DNA from: Octopus vulgaris
Lineage: Eukaryota
Direction of reading: 5' to 3'
Assembly: GCA_951406725.2 (NCBI GenBank)
Contig: OX597835.1
Coordinates: 27,342,001-27,406,000 of the forward strand
DNA: 64,000 nt
Every line of letters starts with the position of its first letter. The stretch's first letter is position 1. A program made the position numbers and the translations under genes. Below, in pieces: positions 45,652-59,448 of the stretch. The notes beneath the pieces were generated by a model that was not told the origin of the DNA, did not search any database, and saw only the letters and a program-made list of their open reading frames with translations.

Positions 45652-46984
45652 GTAAAACTAATTCATTCCACATTTAAACTGTTTATCCTCACTAACCAAC
45701 AATTCAGATGCTCCCTGGTTTCCTTGGGTTTTAAGATTTATATTCCTTTCATCATTAACCAATCCAAAAGGATTGACAGAATCATTAGAACATCAGACAA
45801 AATATTATGTAATATTTGTTCCAGTTCTTTATGTTTTGGGTTTAAATCCCTCTAAGGTCAACTTAACCTCTCCTTCTTCTGAGATTGTTAATATGGAAAA
45901 TGCCAGACCAGTGTGGTTGATTGCTGAAATTGTTAGAACACTGAATACAATGTCATTAGGTATTTCTTTTGGCTCTTAACATTCTGAGTTCAAATCCTGA
46001 TGTGGCTTACCTTACCTTTCATTCTTCCAGGGTCAATGAAATAAAAACACAAACCCTGAGACCAAAATTGCTAGAGTGTTAGATAATATTCCATGAAATC
46101 TTTGCTCTGGCTCTTTGAAGCTCTGAGTTCAAATCCTGCTGGGATCAATTTTACCTTTCATTTTTCCAGGGTTGATTAAATAGAATCTGACTCTACAGCA
46201 AAAGATTGGAAAAATGTATTTGAATATCAGACAAAATACCTTGTGGTGTTTATTTTCAACTATTTTCATTCTGTGTTTGTCTGTGATGACACTGGTGCCA
46301 AACTATATCAGTAATTGTTTTTTCTTTAAACAGTTTTGGTGACATAGAGAGTAGAGACTTACTGTAGGATCTTCATTGAATAGACTCTGCCTTTTCTTTA
46401 CCAAAAGCCATTTTATTCCAGTTTTAATCGTTTATACCAAGCATGAGCAACCTTTATCAAGAAGTGGGCCACATGAATCATAGCTCATCATCAGGTGGAC
46501 TGCACTACTAATAGAAATTTAATGTAATTTTCTGTTGCCACGCAATTGAGAGAGTCTCATGAGTTGCAGTTTGCTCCTAATTGGTTTATATTCACTAACT
46601 GAAAATGCACCCCATCAATAGCATCCTTGAAATAAGTATCTATGTCTGTTACTTTCATTTCATGATTTATTCAAGGCAGTGGACAAAATGCAACCACAGT
46701 TTTTCTTCCACTTCTTGGATGTTCTGAGTTCAAATCTCTCTGAGGTCAGATTTCAGATTTAATTAGAGGGGTAGAGAGACAGAATTGTCTCAACAATAAA
46801 CAAAATACCACCATGGCACAGGAGTGACTGTGTGTGGTAAGAAGCTTGTTTCCCAACTACATGGTTCCGGGTTCAGTCCCACTGTGTGGCACCTCGGGCT
46901 AATGTCTTCTACTATAGCCTTGGGCTGACCAAAGCCTTGTGAATGGATTTGGTAGATGGAAGCCCATCGTATATGTATATATAT

Positions 46985-47219
46985 ATATACTTTATTTAAA
47001 TGCAGCAGAAATGTAACAAAAGCTGTTACTTGGAGTTTCACATTCCCGTTCGTCGGACAGTTTTGTTAAAAAAAACTGTCCGACGAACGGGAACGTGAAA
47101 CTCCGAGTAACAGCTTTTGTTACATTTCTGCTGCTTTTAAATAAAGTATATTACTCTACCTCTGGTATTTGAGTACTCTTTTGTCCACCTTGTTTCACAT
47201 TTATGTGCTTACTCCGGTG
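46985..47219. mobile_element. Probable Penelope-like element terminus in inverted (palindromic) arrangement
   Basis: 80-bp inverted arms, hammerhead-like fold, AATAAA, insertion into (TA)n. The PLE assignment is inferred from this architecture. Confidence 0.6.
47072..47118 (+). ncRNA. Putative minimal type I hammerhead ribozyme
   Basis: CUGU-[CCGACGA]-ACG ggaa CGU-[GAAA]-CU ccg AG-[UA]-ACAG: helices I, II and III plus core, with a U4C variant. Confidence 0.55.
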
Positions 47220-47280
47220 TACATATAGTTGAACTGTCCAACCCATGCTAGCATGGAAAGCGGACGCTAAACGATGATGA

Positions 47281-47327
<47 letters not shown>

Positions 47328-49462
47328 TGATACACCACCTGACCTTCCTCAACCAATTGCAGCCCACCTTACAATAATAACAATCAAGTTCTCTCATTCA
47401 AATTCAAAATGGCTGATGACTAGCATCATACTTGAAACTCAAGAGTAGCAGTGAATTTGAATCAAACTGTTTTGACCTATACATGTAACTCCCAATAAAT
47501 TGGTTGAATGTCCTTTGTTCATTTGTCCACTTACTTGTATATACATATATATGTATGTATGTATTTGTGTGACTGTGTTTGTCCCCCCACAATCGTTAGA
47601 CAACCAATGCTGGTGTGTTTATGTCGTCCGTAACTTAGCAGTTCAGCAAAAGGAACCAATAGAATAAGTACCAGGCTTACAAAGAATAAGTCCTGGGGTC
47701 AATTTGTTTGAATAAAGGTGGTGCTCCAGCATGGCTGCAGTCAAATGACAGAATAAAAAGATAAATGAATGCAGTATTTGCTCCACTTTTTTTATGTTCT
47801 GAGTTCAAATCCAATCAAGGTCAATTTCAGATTTAATTAAGGAGGTGTATAGACAGAGTTGTTTGAGCATTGGACTTAGCCCCATGTAGTGTTTATCCTG
47901 AGTTCAAATCCTGCCACGGTCAACGGTGCCTTTCATCCTTCTGGGCCTGCTGAAATAAAAGCACACGTGGGCCAGTGGTTAGGGTGTTGCATAAGATGAT
48001 CGCGGATTTGATTCCCGGAGTGGGCAGAGATTTGTGTTCTTGAGCAAAACACTTCATTGCTCTTGTCCACTCAGCTACAGATGAGTCACCCTGTGATAGA
48101 CTGGCACCATTTTCAAGGCCAGCAATTTTAAGAGAAGGGCACAATCGCTGACATATTTTACTGGTACTTTGCCTTTCATCCTTTTAGGGGTCGATAAATT
48201 AAGTAACCATGAAAACTGGGGTTGATGTAATCGACTTATCTCTGCCCCCAAAACTGCTGCCCTTGTCACAAGATTTGAAGCCATTATTGTTATTATTATT
48301 ATTATTAAGGCAGCAAGCTGGCAAAATCATTGAAAAACTGAACAAAATGCTTAGCAACATTTCTTTATTTTATAAACCCTGAGAGGATGAAAGGCAAAAT
48401 TTATCGCAGTGGGATTTGAACTCAGGACATAAAGAAACGGAAGAAAAATCCACCAAACATTTGTCCATCATGCTAATGACTCTGCCACCTGTCCATCTTT
48501 TTACTTCACTTTGGAATTGTTTCATTTAAAACCAAACTCTTTCTTTTCCTACAACGTTCTGCTCTTCATTTTCAAAACAACCACTTGCATCACAAGTTTT
48601 TTGGGTTTTTTTTTATAAGTGATGCTAACCTAATTGGTATGAACTAAATTTTAGGGTTGTATGCCCTTCATGCTACCAATGCCTTAAAACTAGTTCTCAA
48701 CCAGACTCGATATGGCCCTTGCAGAGGTGGGTTGGTCTATATAACCATTGGGGTCTATATGGCCCTTGGGGGCCCACATAAGATTTTGTTAAAATATATC
48801 TGCAATAAATTGGTTACACTTCTACAATACACAAAATGTTTTAACAATTTTTTTAATACAGTTTCTTACTTACTTGTACTTGTGGTGACATTCACCCTGG
48901 GCAGGTTGAGTCGGCTTCTTCCACCACCCTCGAGGCATTGTATTCGTCATTGAGAATTCATGGAAGAAGTTTCATGGGAATATGTGGATTTCACAAGCAG
49001 TCCCCAACAATCCCGTATGTAGAGACATCCTGTTTGCCACAGATTGTCCGCAGACGCAGGGACAGAACGACCGAGGAGTTGCCGGTTGCCGAAACAGACA
49101 CTCCGAGGATTTTCACCAGAGCCCCGTCTGCCGAGTTGTAGCCCTAATACTACTTGGCGTCAGACCAATCCACCTTGGGTGGCCCTACCAGGAACCAAAG
49201 CTCCCGACAGAATAGCTCTGATACTACCCGTTGCCAGCGTCCCCACCACGGTGAGGAGGGGATGGACTTTCTAATGATATTTAATTACACAAATGTAATG
49301 GGATTTTTGAAGCATCAAATGGCTATGAGGGTCCATCCGAGTAAGATAAGAATAAAAGGGATCCATAGGAAAAAAAATGGTTGAGAAACACTGCTCTTAA
49401 AGGTTGGTGGCTGGGCTTAAGGCAGGAACATGGAATGGTTTTGATGTGTTTATCTTCTAGAC

Positions 49463-49528
49463 CAGTGGCCCCAACCGTTTCACTACCAACGACCCCTTTT
49501 AATATTTTCTATCCTTATGTACACACAC

Positions 49529-49602
<74 letters not shown>

Positions 49603-50134
49603 ATATATATATATATACATGTATATATATATATATATACATGTATATATAGACAATTAAACAACGGTTTACCGTTTAAATTACCTGCTGCCATATACCT
49701 TATACCAGTGGTTCCCAAACTATGAGTCGCGACCCACAGATGGGTCGTGAATGGAATCTTAGCGGGTTGCAAAAATTATAAAATTACGCATTAGCTTTGA
49801 TTAACTGCTGTCTATCGAGATAGTTCAGTAGAGTTAAGTGGGTCGTCATAAACTGGTGTGATAAATAGTGGGTCACGACTCTAAAAAGTTTGGGAACCAC
49901 TGCCTTATACCAAGGATCATACTTACTGAGGTAATTAACACGAGTGTCTTTGGATACATTTATCCCTTAGAGGGTTTAAACACCTTTAACTTACACCTGC
50001 ATAACACACACACATATATAATATATACATATATATATATATATATATATGAAACTTTGAATTTAGTTCACGGACCCCCAGTATTACCTTTGCAGGCCAC
50101 CAGGGGTCCATGGACCACAGTTTGGGAACCACTG
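49463..50134. mobile_element. hAT-type MITE (outer)
   Basis: CAGTGG...CCACTG termini, 8-bp TSD ttctagac (49455-49462 and 50135-50142). Confidence 0.82.
49706..49902. mobile_element. hAT-type MITE nested in the previous element
   Basis: TIR CAGTGGTTCCCAAACT/AGTTTGGGAACCACTG, 8-bp TSD ccttatac. Confidence 0.9.
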
Positions 50135-53100
50135 TTCTAGACCTGTACCCAGTTTTGCTTCTGATATTTTCCCAACACCTCTCCTTTCTCCCTCCTTCCA
50201 AGGGAGTGAATTTTTTCTTTTACTCCCCAACCCTGTCCACAATATTTTGTCAGTTGCACAAGGATGATGATTGCCAATGTAAATAGCTCTGAACTTACTA
50301 CTAACCAAATATGGATCCATCATCACTATCGTTGTCAGTCGTCCCTTCAGCATTTAGGTTATTTCTGTCAAATGAAATGCTTAGTTATTCACATCGTCAT
50401 CATCATCACCATTTAATGTCCATTTTCAATGCTGGCATGGGTTGGGCAGTTCGACTGAAAACTGCTAAGCTCGAGGGAGCTGCACCAGGTCCCAATCTGA
50501 TTTGGCAAAGTTTCTACGGCTGGATGCCCTTCCTAACACCAATCACTCCAAGAGCGTAGTGGGTGCTTTTTACGTTCACTGGCACAGGTGCTATTGACCT
50601 GACACTGACATTGGCCACAACTGTGGTCACACTTGACTCGACAGGTCTACACAGGCATATCATCAAAGGCCACATTGCTTTCAATTAATTATGCCTTACT
50701 TGTAGCTTTGAAATTTCAATGATGTATTGTTTATACCACCATGGCACAGGGGTGACTGTGTGTGGTAAGAAGCTTGTTTCCCAACTACATGGTTCTATGT
50801 TCAGTTCCACACTGTGGCACCATGGGCTAGTGTCTTCTACCATAGCCTTCTACTATACTTTTTCGAATAACATTTTAGGTTAGGTGCAAGAGGTCAAATC
50901 TGGAAATCCGGCTAGTTTGAACATAGGACAGGTAGAACATTTTGGCTGGGTATGTCCGGTTTAAATGCTGAAGGCCTAATGTCCATTTTTTCATGCTTGC
51001 ATAGGTCAGATGAAATTTGTAAAGGCAGGCATATTTTCTAACACCTAACAACAGGATGCCCTTCCTGTCACTGACACTCACCTGTTTCTGGTAAAGTAAT
51101 ATTTCTCCATGACTAGGTATGTTTTATATGGAAGACTGGAAATGAACAACTTCCCTTGTATGACATTGTCACTCATTTATAACCATCACATGATGTCTAG
51201 ATAAAAGTACACACAAACAAACACATTATGTATGTATATTGAAGTTCTCTGCAATGCAAGATCTTCTCTACTCCGAAGATGGATCCTCATCTCATCCAGG
51301 GTTTATTTCATCTATATGGCTGCATATTGTGATAAACTACATCTACCAACATCATCATTATGGATCTCTGAGCCCCCAGAAACAGCTGTTGGACTTATAA
51401 AACCTTTCTTGAACCCCTTTAATTTTCTCTATCATTTGTATTCTGTGTAAGCTGGACCTATTAATATAAATACCTATATATTTATTCTTTCAAAAATTCA
51501 TCAGTCTCCACTTTTCTTTGCTTTCTATCTCTTTTTGCGTATGTATATAAATATACATATTTTGTATTTCACACCAATGCTATTACATTTAATAAATTTA
51601 TATTTACACCCTTTCGTTACTGTATTTATTTTGAGATGCTCTGTGTTTCTTTCAATTATTTTAAATATAACAAAGAATTTAGCTAAATAACTTAGTTATT
51701 AATTCAGTTAGTGTTAGGAAGGTAAATTTTGACTAAGGATTGGTGGAAGATTTTTCTTAAAAATTCATCAGTCTCCACTTTTTGCTTTCTCTCATTTCGT
51801 ATGTATATAAATATACATATTTTGTATTTCACACCCAAACTATTACATTTAATAAATTTATATTTAACCCATGAACGCCTATAAAAAATGAAGTCTTAAA
51901 ATTTCACTGTATTTAGATCAAACATTATGATCAGCTTTCACAATCTGGAAGAGAAGGACAGTATGCAACTGTTACCTATAGGTGTTGACTACCAACAGAA
52001 CATTTCATATGCTCGGTCAGATGCTTCCTGGCGAGTTCATGTCCAAACAAGTAGGAGCAGGTTTAGCATTGTGAAAGCACAATCAGGGGTATAAAGTATC
52101 TAATTTATATTTTCACATAATTGGCATTATATATATATATATAAATATGTATTTGTGTGTGTGAAGGTGCATGGCTCAGTGGTTAGAGCGTCGAGCTTAT
52201 GATTGTGAGGTTGTGAGTTCGAATCCGGGACAGGGCTACGTGTTGTGTCCTTAAGCAAGACACTTTATTTCACATTGCTCCAGTTCACTCAGCTGTAGAA
52301 ATGAGTTGCAATGTTACAGGTGCCAAGCTGTATCTACTGTTGCCTTTCCCTTGGATAACATCGGTGGTGTGGTGAGGGGAGGTCAGTATGCATGGGCGAC
52401 TGCTGGTCTTCCATAAACAACCTTGCCTGGACTTGTGCCTGGCAGGTAATTTTCTGGGTGCAATCCCACGATTGCATAATCTATTCGAGTCCAGCTGTTT
52501 AAAAGGGAAAAATATTGCTGAAAATATTCTGAAATCCTATTACATATTACAATCGATCAAAAATCAATGGAAATTGTAGTTGTGATACCAGTACTGGTGG
52601 CACGTAAAAGAACTATCTGAATGTGGCTGTTGCCAGCGCCGCCTCGACTGGCCTCCGAGCTGGTGGCACGTAAAAAGCACCAACCGATCGTGGCCGTTGC
52701 CAGCCTCACCTGGCACCTGTGCTAGTGGCACGTAAAAAGCACCCACTACACTCACGGAGTGGTTGGCATTAGGAAGGGCATCCAGCTGTAGAAACACTGC
52801 CAGATCAGACCAGGCCTGGTGCAGCCTCCTGGCTTCCCAGATCCCGGTCGAACTGTCCAACCCTTGCTAGCATGGAAAGCGGACGTTAAACGATGATGAG
52901 GATGAAGGAGTGCATTCACCTTAGCCTCTTCTCTTGGCTGCACTAGCTCAGCTGGATGGTGACCACCCCTGCTGATTTACCTTTCTTTAATGACTCAACC
53001 ACTTCCTTTCTTAGAATGGGGAAGCTGTCTGTGTCTGCTGTTGGTGGGACATTCAATTTATCAGTGTTTCTTTTTGTTTCGTGGTTATAGTAATCTGAGC

Positions 53101-54001
53101 AAAATTCTGTCCAATGGATCAGACAGAGAAAGAGGCAGGAAAACATCTGTGAGTGAACACGCCTAAAGATGAGAGGCACAGTGTGAGAAGCAGAAGACAG
53201 AGATGGGTGGAAGGATCTGGTTGTAAGGGCATCAGTGTTGCCCCAATAATCAGCAAGATAATGGGATACATCGAAGGAGAGGGGCTTTCTCCGTCCAGGT
53301 TGCGGATCCGTGGAATAAGCTGCCGGACGAGATAGTGAAGATGCCGACGACCGCTCGGTTCAAAGTCTCTCTTGACCAGAAATGGCCTGAACTCTTTGCA
53401 TGAACACCCTCCCTGTACATAACTCCATGTCCCCCTACATGGCCTTGCTTTTTGCTTTTTGAGCCAAAAAATAACTTAACTTGGCTTAACTTAATGTAAT
53501 ATTCTGAAATTACCCTTTGGAGTAATGCTCGAATTTGTGCAATGAATGGGTCCTGAATCAAAATACCAGCAAGAAAATATGCAAATTGCATCATCGTTGA
53601 AAAAAAAAAGCCAAAAGATAATATCTCGCCCATCTTGTTTTTGCAAGAATTATGATTCTTTTGTTTTGTTTTTTGGCAATTTTTTTTTTCTAAATCGTTT
53701 TCACAGAATTAAAAGCAGTGGTATAGCAGAGATTGGAATACACACAATGTTTATAATTTTAATAAATTATCAAAACAATTTACTGTTTATTGAACAAGAA
53801 AATAATAGAGATGAAAACTGTACAAGACAATTGGTAGATACAAGAATAAAAGGCCAACATGGCACATTAGCAACACCTCACTTGCTCAGTCTAGCATCAA
53901 TATCTCAATACACACCGTTAACCAAACTTGTTTTTTTTTTTTTACTTGATACTACAGCAGTTGTTTGGAAACAATTAGTCTGACTAACAGCGATAGATAG
54001 T

Positions 54002-54049
<48 letters not shown>

Positions 54050-54144
54050 AACATACAAAGATAGAATGATGCAGGAATTATTTTGATTTAAAAGACTTAC
54101 CCTAAACAAAAAATAGCTTTCTTTTTAAATAAAGAATAAATATA

Positions 54145-54147
54145 CTA

Positions 54148-54198
<51 letters not shown>

Positions 54199-54356
54199 CA
54201 TATATATATAAATGTAAATATATACATATATATCCATATATATCCATATATATATAATATATATATATATATGCATATATATGTATATGTATGCATATAT
54301 AAATATGCATATATATATGTATATACATATGTATGCACATATATATATTGTGTGTG

Positions 54357-54399
<43 letters not shown>

Positions 54400-54530
54400 G
54401 ATATATATGTATATACATATGTATGTATATATATATATGTACATGATATATATGTATGCATATATATATGTGTACACACACATACACACACACACACACA
54501 CATATATCTATATATATATATATATATTCA
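54145..54530. repeat. (TA/TG/CA)n compound microsatellite; similar arrays at 55630-56080 and 58110-58465, (GATA)n near 54000
   Basis: Direct inspection. Confidence 0.9.
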
Positions 54531-55223
54531 AAAACGACTAACAAAACATAAACAATAGTAACCTAATAATGAAATCTTAGTCATACCAAACAATTTCAAA
54601 AGTCAGTGGAATGATTAAATGGATGTTAAACTCTAAAGAATAGAAAGCAACACACCATTTATTTTTCCTTTCATCAAAAAGATATATTCTTTTACTATAA
54701 TGAAATATGCTATTATCATAGATATTTTGCTTTTTCTTGAATATGAGTAAAAATAAATAAAAACCAGATGAATAATTATGGATAGTAATTAGATAATTAC
54801 TCTCATTTATTAGCAATGCTATAAATATTATTTATAAATAAATATAAATTAGTAATTTCACTCTGTTTGAATTTTTGTTATTTTTGAAAACAAAAGTAAA
54901 ATGGAATTGTTTCATCTTTTAAATAAAAAAACAAACTTTAAGCATTTTTATGAGAAAGAAAATTATGTTACAAGTTAATTAATTAACTAATTTTTAAAAA
55001 TACAACAGCCTAATATCTGATTATTATTAATTAGAAAAATACATGTGTACAACACATGTAGTATATTTTTTTAGGCTTTATGATAGATAGATAGCTAGAT
55101 CAATGCAGTAGTAGTAGTAGTAGAGAGAGAAAGAGACAGAGAAGAGGAGAGAGAATGAGAGAGGAAGAGAGGATGAGAGAATGAACGAGAGAGGGAGAGA
55201 GAGAGAGACTAAGAGAGAGAATA

Positions 55224-55254
<31 letters not shown>

Positions 55255-55639
55255 AAGAAAAGGAAAATATATTGACGAAAATATTCTGAAATTTGCCCCT
55301 TTGGGGGCAATGGTTGAATTTGTTCAACCTACGGGCCCTGAATCAAATACCAGCAGAAAATGTGTAAAACGCCATTGAAAAAGGTCAAAATTAGACGATA
55401 TGAAGAAGCGAGAGACAAGTGTGCATAGGAAGAGGTTTATAAAGAATTTTGTTTTCATTCAAAGCTTCTTATAAAACACAGCCAGCAGAAACAGTCAAGC
55501 AATTTAACCACTTGTAAAGGTTGTTGTTGTTTTTTATTGTTTTTTTTTTAAAATTTTGTTTGTTTGACTTTTTTTTTGTTTGTTTTCTTTTCATGAAGTA
55601 CTTAGCAATGGTATCAAGTGAATAACATACTATATGTCA

Positions 55640-55676
<37 letters not shown>

Positions 55677-55815
55677 ATGAAATGTATATACATATATGTG
55701 TATATGTGTGTGTATATCTACGTATAAACATATTCATATGTAAAAATCAATGTTCATATATATATATATATGTCATGTGTGTGTATGTATACATATATGT
55801 ATGTATGAATAAGTA

Positions 55816-55858
<43 letters not shown>

Positions 55859-57802
55859 CATTTTGTGTATGCACATTAAGATATACAGAATGCAATTTTG
55901 AACTAATACTGCTTCCATCACTAAAGACAAATATATATACATATACATATATACATGTGTGTATGTGTAAATATATAAATATATGTAGACACATATATGT
56001 ATATATAAATATATGTATACATGTATGTAAATATTTGTGTGTATATATGCATATATATCTATATGTATGTATATATGATTTTGTATTATTTTGTATTCTT
56101 ATTTTCTTATTTTGTATTATAAACATACATATATATTTATGATTGTGTGTATAGTAATGAAACACAAAAGTGATATTCAGGAATCACAGTGTTTGTATGA
56201 TTGTTTTATTTATTTATTGATTATTTTTATTTGTATATTTTTGTTCACTTTTTTCTAAGAAAGAAATTTGTAAAATAAAACAGAATGAAAAAAAAAACAA
56301 AGAAAAAAGCTCCAAAAGACAAAAGACATGAATTTTAACATCCAAATATGTAATTTAAGAAAAAAGTGTTTGAATAAGAATTTGAAGAGAATGCCTGACT
56401 CATAAAATAAACCATAAGAAAAAAATTAACTCTTTAGCAAATAAACCAGCATGTCCAACCCAAATTTTCTACCTGTTTTATGTTCAAACCAGCCAGATTT
56501 GGCCTCTCACACCTAAGCTACAATGCCATTCTAAAAATGAACTATTGCATCATCAAAATCTCGAAGCTCTGAGATAATGCATGATTAATTCAAAACAACG
56601 TGAATAAATAAAATAAGCATTACATTTGACAATGTAATCTGGATGCTGACAGGTTAAATGTTTAAAATAAAGGAGAATTGAATGAAGAAAGATATCTTTA
56701 TCTATTTTAGAAGAATGTAAAAAGAGAATAATGTAAGTTATAACATCTATATGAGAGAATTTGTAACCAAAATGTTGGCACATGAGTAAAAGAGGTACAA
56801 GAAATATCAGAAAGAATTTATGTTCACACATGTACACACACACACACATACACACACAACACCAACACCATCATCAACATCATCTGAGAGCAAGTGCAGT
56901 CAGTGGAGCTTGACCAAAATTTTAGTAAAAAACGAATATCATTTTGTTCATAGCAACAGTATCAATTCAATAAAAATAATAATAATACTAATAATAACAA
57001 TAATAATAATAATTATAATAATAATGATAATAAAAAATAATAATAATAATAATCCGTTCTACTATAGGCACAAGGCCTGGAATTTGGGGAAGGGGACTAG
57101 TCAATTACATCATCGCCAGTGTTTCAATGGTACTTAATTTATCGACCCCGTAAAGATGAAAGGCAAAGTCAACCACAGTGGAATTTGAACTCAGGACATA
57201 GTGACAGATGAAATACCGCCAAGCATTTTGTCCAGTGTGCGAACAATTCTGCCAACTCACTGCCTTAATAACAATAATAATAACAACAACAATAATAATA
57301 ATTAAAATAATAATACTAACAATAATAATAGTTTCAAATTTTGGCACAAGGCCAGCAAATTCAGTGGGGGTGGGTGCAAGTCAATAACCCTCCCGTGCTC
57401 AACTGGTGTCTATTTTATCGACCCTAAAAAATGAAAGGTAAAGTGAACCTTGGTAGAATTTGAACTCAGAATGTTAGGACCCAAAATGCTGCTAAGCAAT
57501 TTATCTGGTATGCTAATGATTCCACCAGCTTGCCTAAGAATAATAACAATAATCTCACTCAATAATAATAACAATAATAATATTTGTAATTTTAGCACAA
57601 GGCCAGCAATTTTGAAGGGAGTGGGCAAGTTGACTTCATTGATGCAAGTACTGGAATGTTATTTTATTTTACCAATTCTAAAAGGATGAAAGGCAAAGTT
57701 CACTTTGGCGGAATTTGAACTCAGAATGTAAAGATGTTTGAAATGCCGCTAAGTATTTTGCTAACGATTTTGCCAGCTTGCTGCCTTTCTATGACAATGA
57801 TG

Positions 57803-57852
<50 letters not shown>

Positions 57853-58211
57853 TTCATTTAACCTGACATACCACTTTTTTTCTTTATCATACAATGACTG
57901 ATAACTGATGAACAAACGTTATCATTGGTTATAGATACAGAGTGGGTCAATCACTGATTCAATGCATGGCAAGAGTGACAAGGGAGTGTATGTAACTCGG
58001 TGCAGAACAAATACTCTACTAAACTTCATTCAGACAAACCCCTCCCACTATTGCAGTTTAAAAAAAAACTTTTGCTATGTTTTACATCCTTGTCTGACAT
58101 GGTCAATAGATTGACACACACACATACACAAGTGTGTATACATGTGTGTGTGTATGATGCATATATATATGATGCATATATATATATATATACACACACA
58201 TATACACATAC

Positions 58212-58242
<31 letters not shown>

Positions 58243-58243
58243 T

Positions 58244-58284
<41 letters not shown>

Positions 58285-58435
58285 TACATACATACATACA
58301 TATATATATATATACACACACACATACATACATACATATATATATATACACACACACATACATACATACATATATATATACACATACATATGTGTATATA
58401 TATATATACACATACATATATACACACACATACAG

Positions 58436-58466
<31 letters not shown>

Positions 58467-59040
58467 AAGACATCATAATAATTTATAATCTTTCAAAAGA
58501 ATGTGAAATAATTATCTTTTAGAATATAAAAGCAGAAAGCTATGAGTATAGCATGTAAATTTGGGGTTGAAAAACCCTTTGACTGTTCCAAACCAAAAAA
58601 CGGTCTAATAGCTCTATCTGCTTCCTATCACAGGTCCTTCTCATCGCCTAGTACTATCATTTACTCCTCTTTCATGCCACTATCATTCATGCTGTCCACT
58701 TTGTTAAGAAATTGGCAAGCAAACAGACAAAGTTCCTTTAGTCATGTCGAGGACTTAACTACCTCTTTAGTGCTGGTGCCACAATAAAGGTATCCAGTGG
58801 TCTGTAGAGTGGTTAGGATTAGGAAAAGCATCCAGCTGTAGAAAGCAAGCACAAAATGAAGCACATGAGAAAGATACTATCCTTGTCTAGGCGAGCAGTA
58901 GCTCTGAATATGTTTCGACTGTTGCAACTCCACCAACCCATGCCAGCAAGAAAAGCACATGTTAAACATTGATGATGTTGTATGTATATCTATATATGTA
59001 TATCTGTGTTTGTAAGTATGTATGTGTGTGTATATATATG

Positions 59041-59094
<54 letters not shown>

Positions 59095-59095
<1 letters not shown>

Positions 59096-59448
59096 TCGGG
59101 GGTGAGTCAAAAAGTAATGCCATTTTGTTTAGGACACGTATAATTACCAACACTGGAACATGTATCATGCATCAAAATGAAGCTGTTCCTCTGTGGATCA
59201 CATCCCTACTTCTCAACATAGTCACCATTTCTCTCAATAGCAATGTTCCACCTTCAAATGAGAGCATGTATCCCAGCCCCGTAAAATTCTGTTGACTGTT
59301 CTTTGAGCAACTTGTTCACTACCTCCACACTTACCAGATTTGGCGTCTTCAGACTATCGTCTCTTTGGCGCCACGAAAGGGGGCTTGAGAAGCAAACATT
59401 ATTCCAGTGACGAGGAAGTGAAAACTATAGTGAAGAAATGGCTCAAAG
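59095..59448 (+). mobile_element. mariner remnant
   Basis: TIR-like cgggggtgagtcaaaaagtaatgcc after TA; PDLASSDYRLF...HYSSDEEVKTIVKKWL corresponds to the YSPDLAPSDY region. Confidence 0.72.

Noticed and set aside
51918-52095. ~58-codon open frame after a possible acceptor
   Set aside because: No recognisable protein similarity, weak donor and no partner exons.
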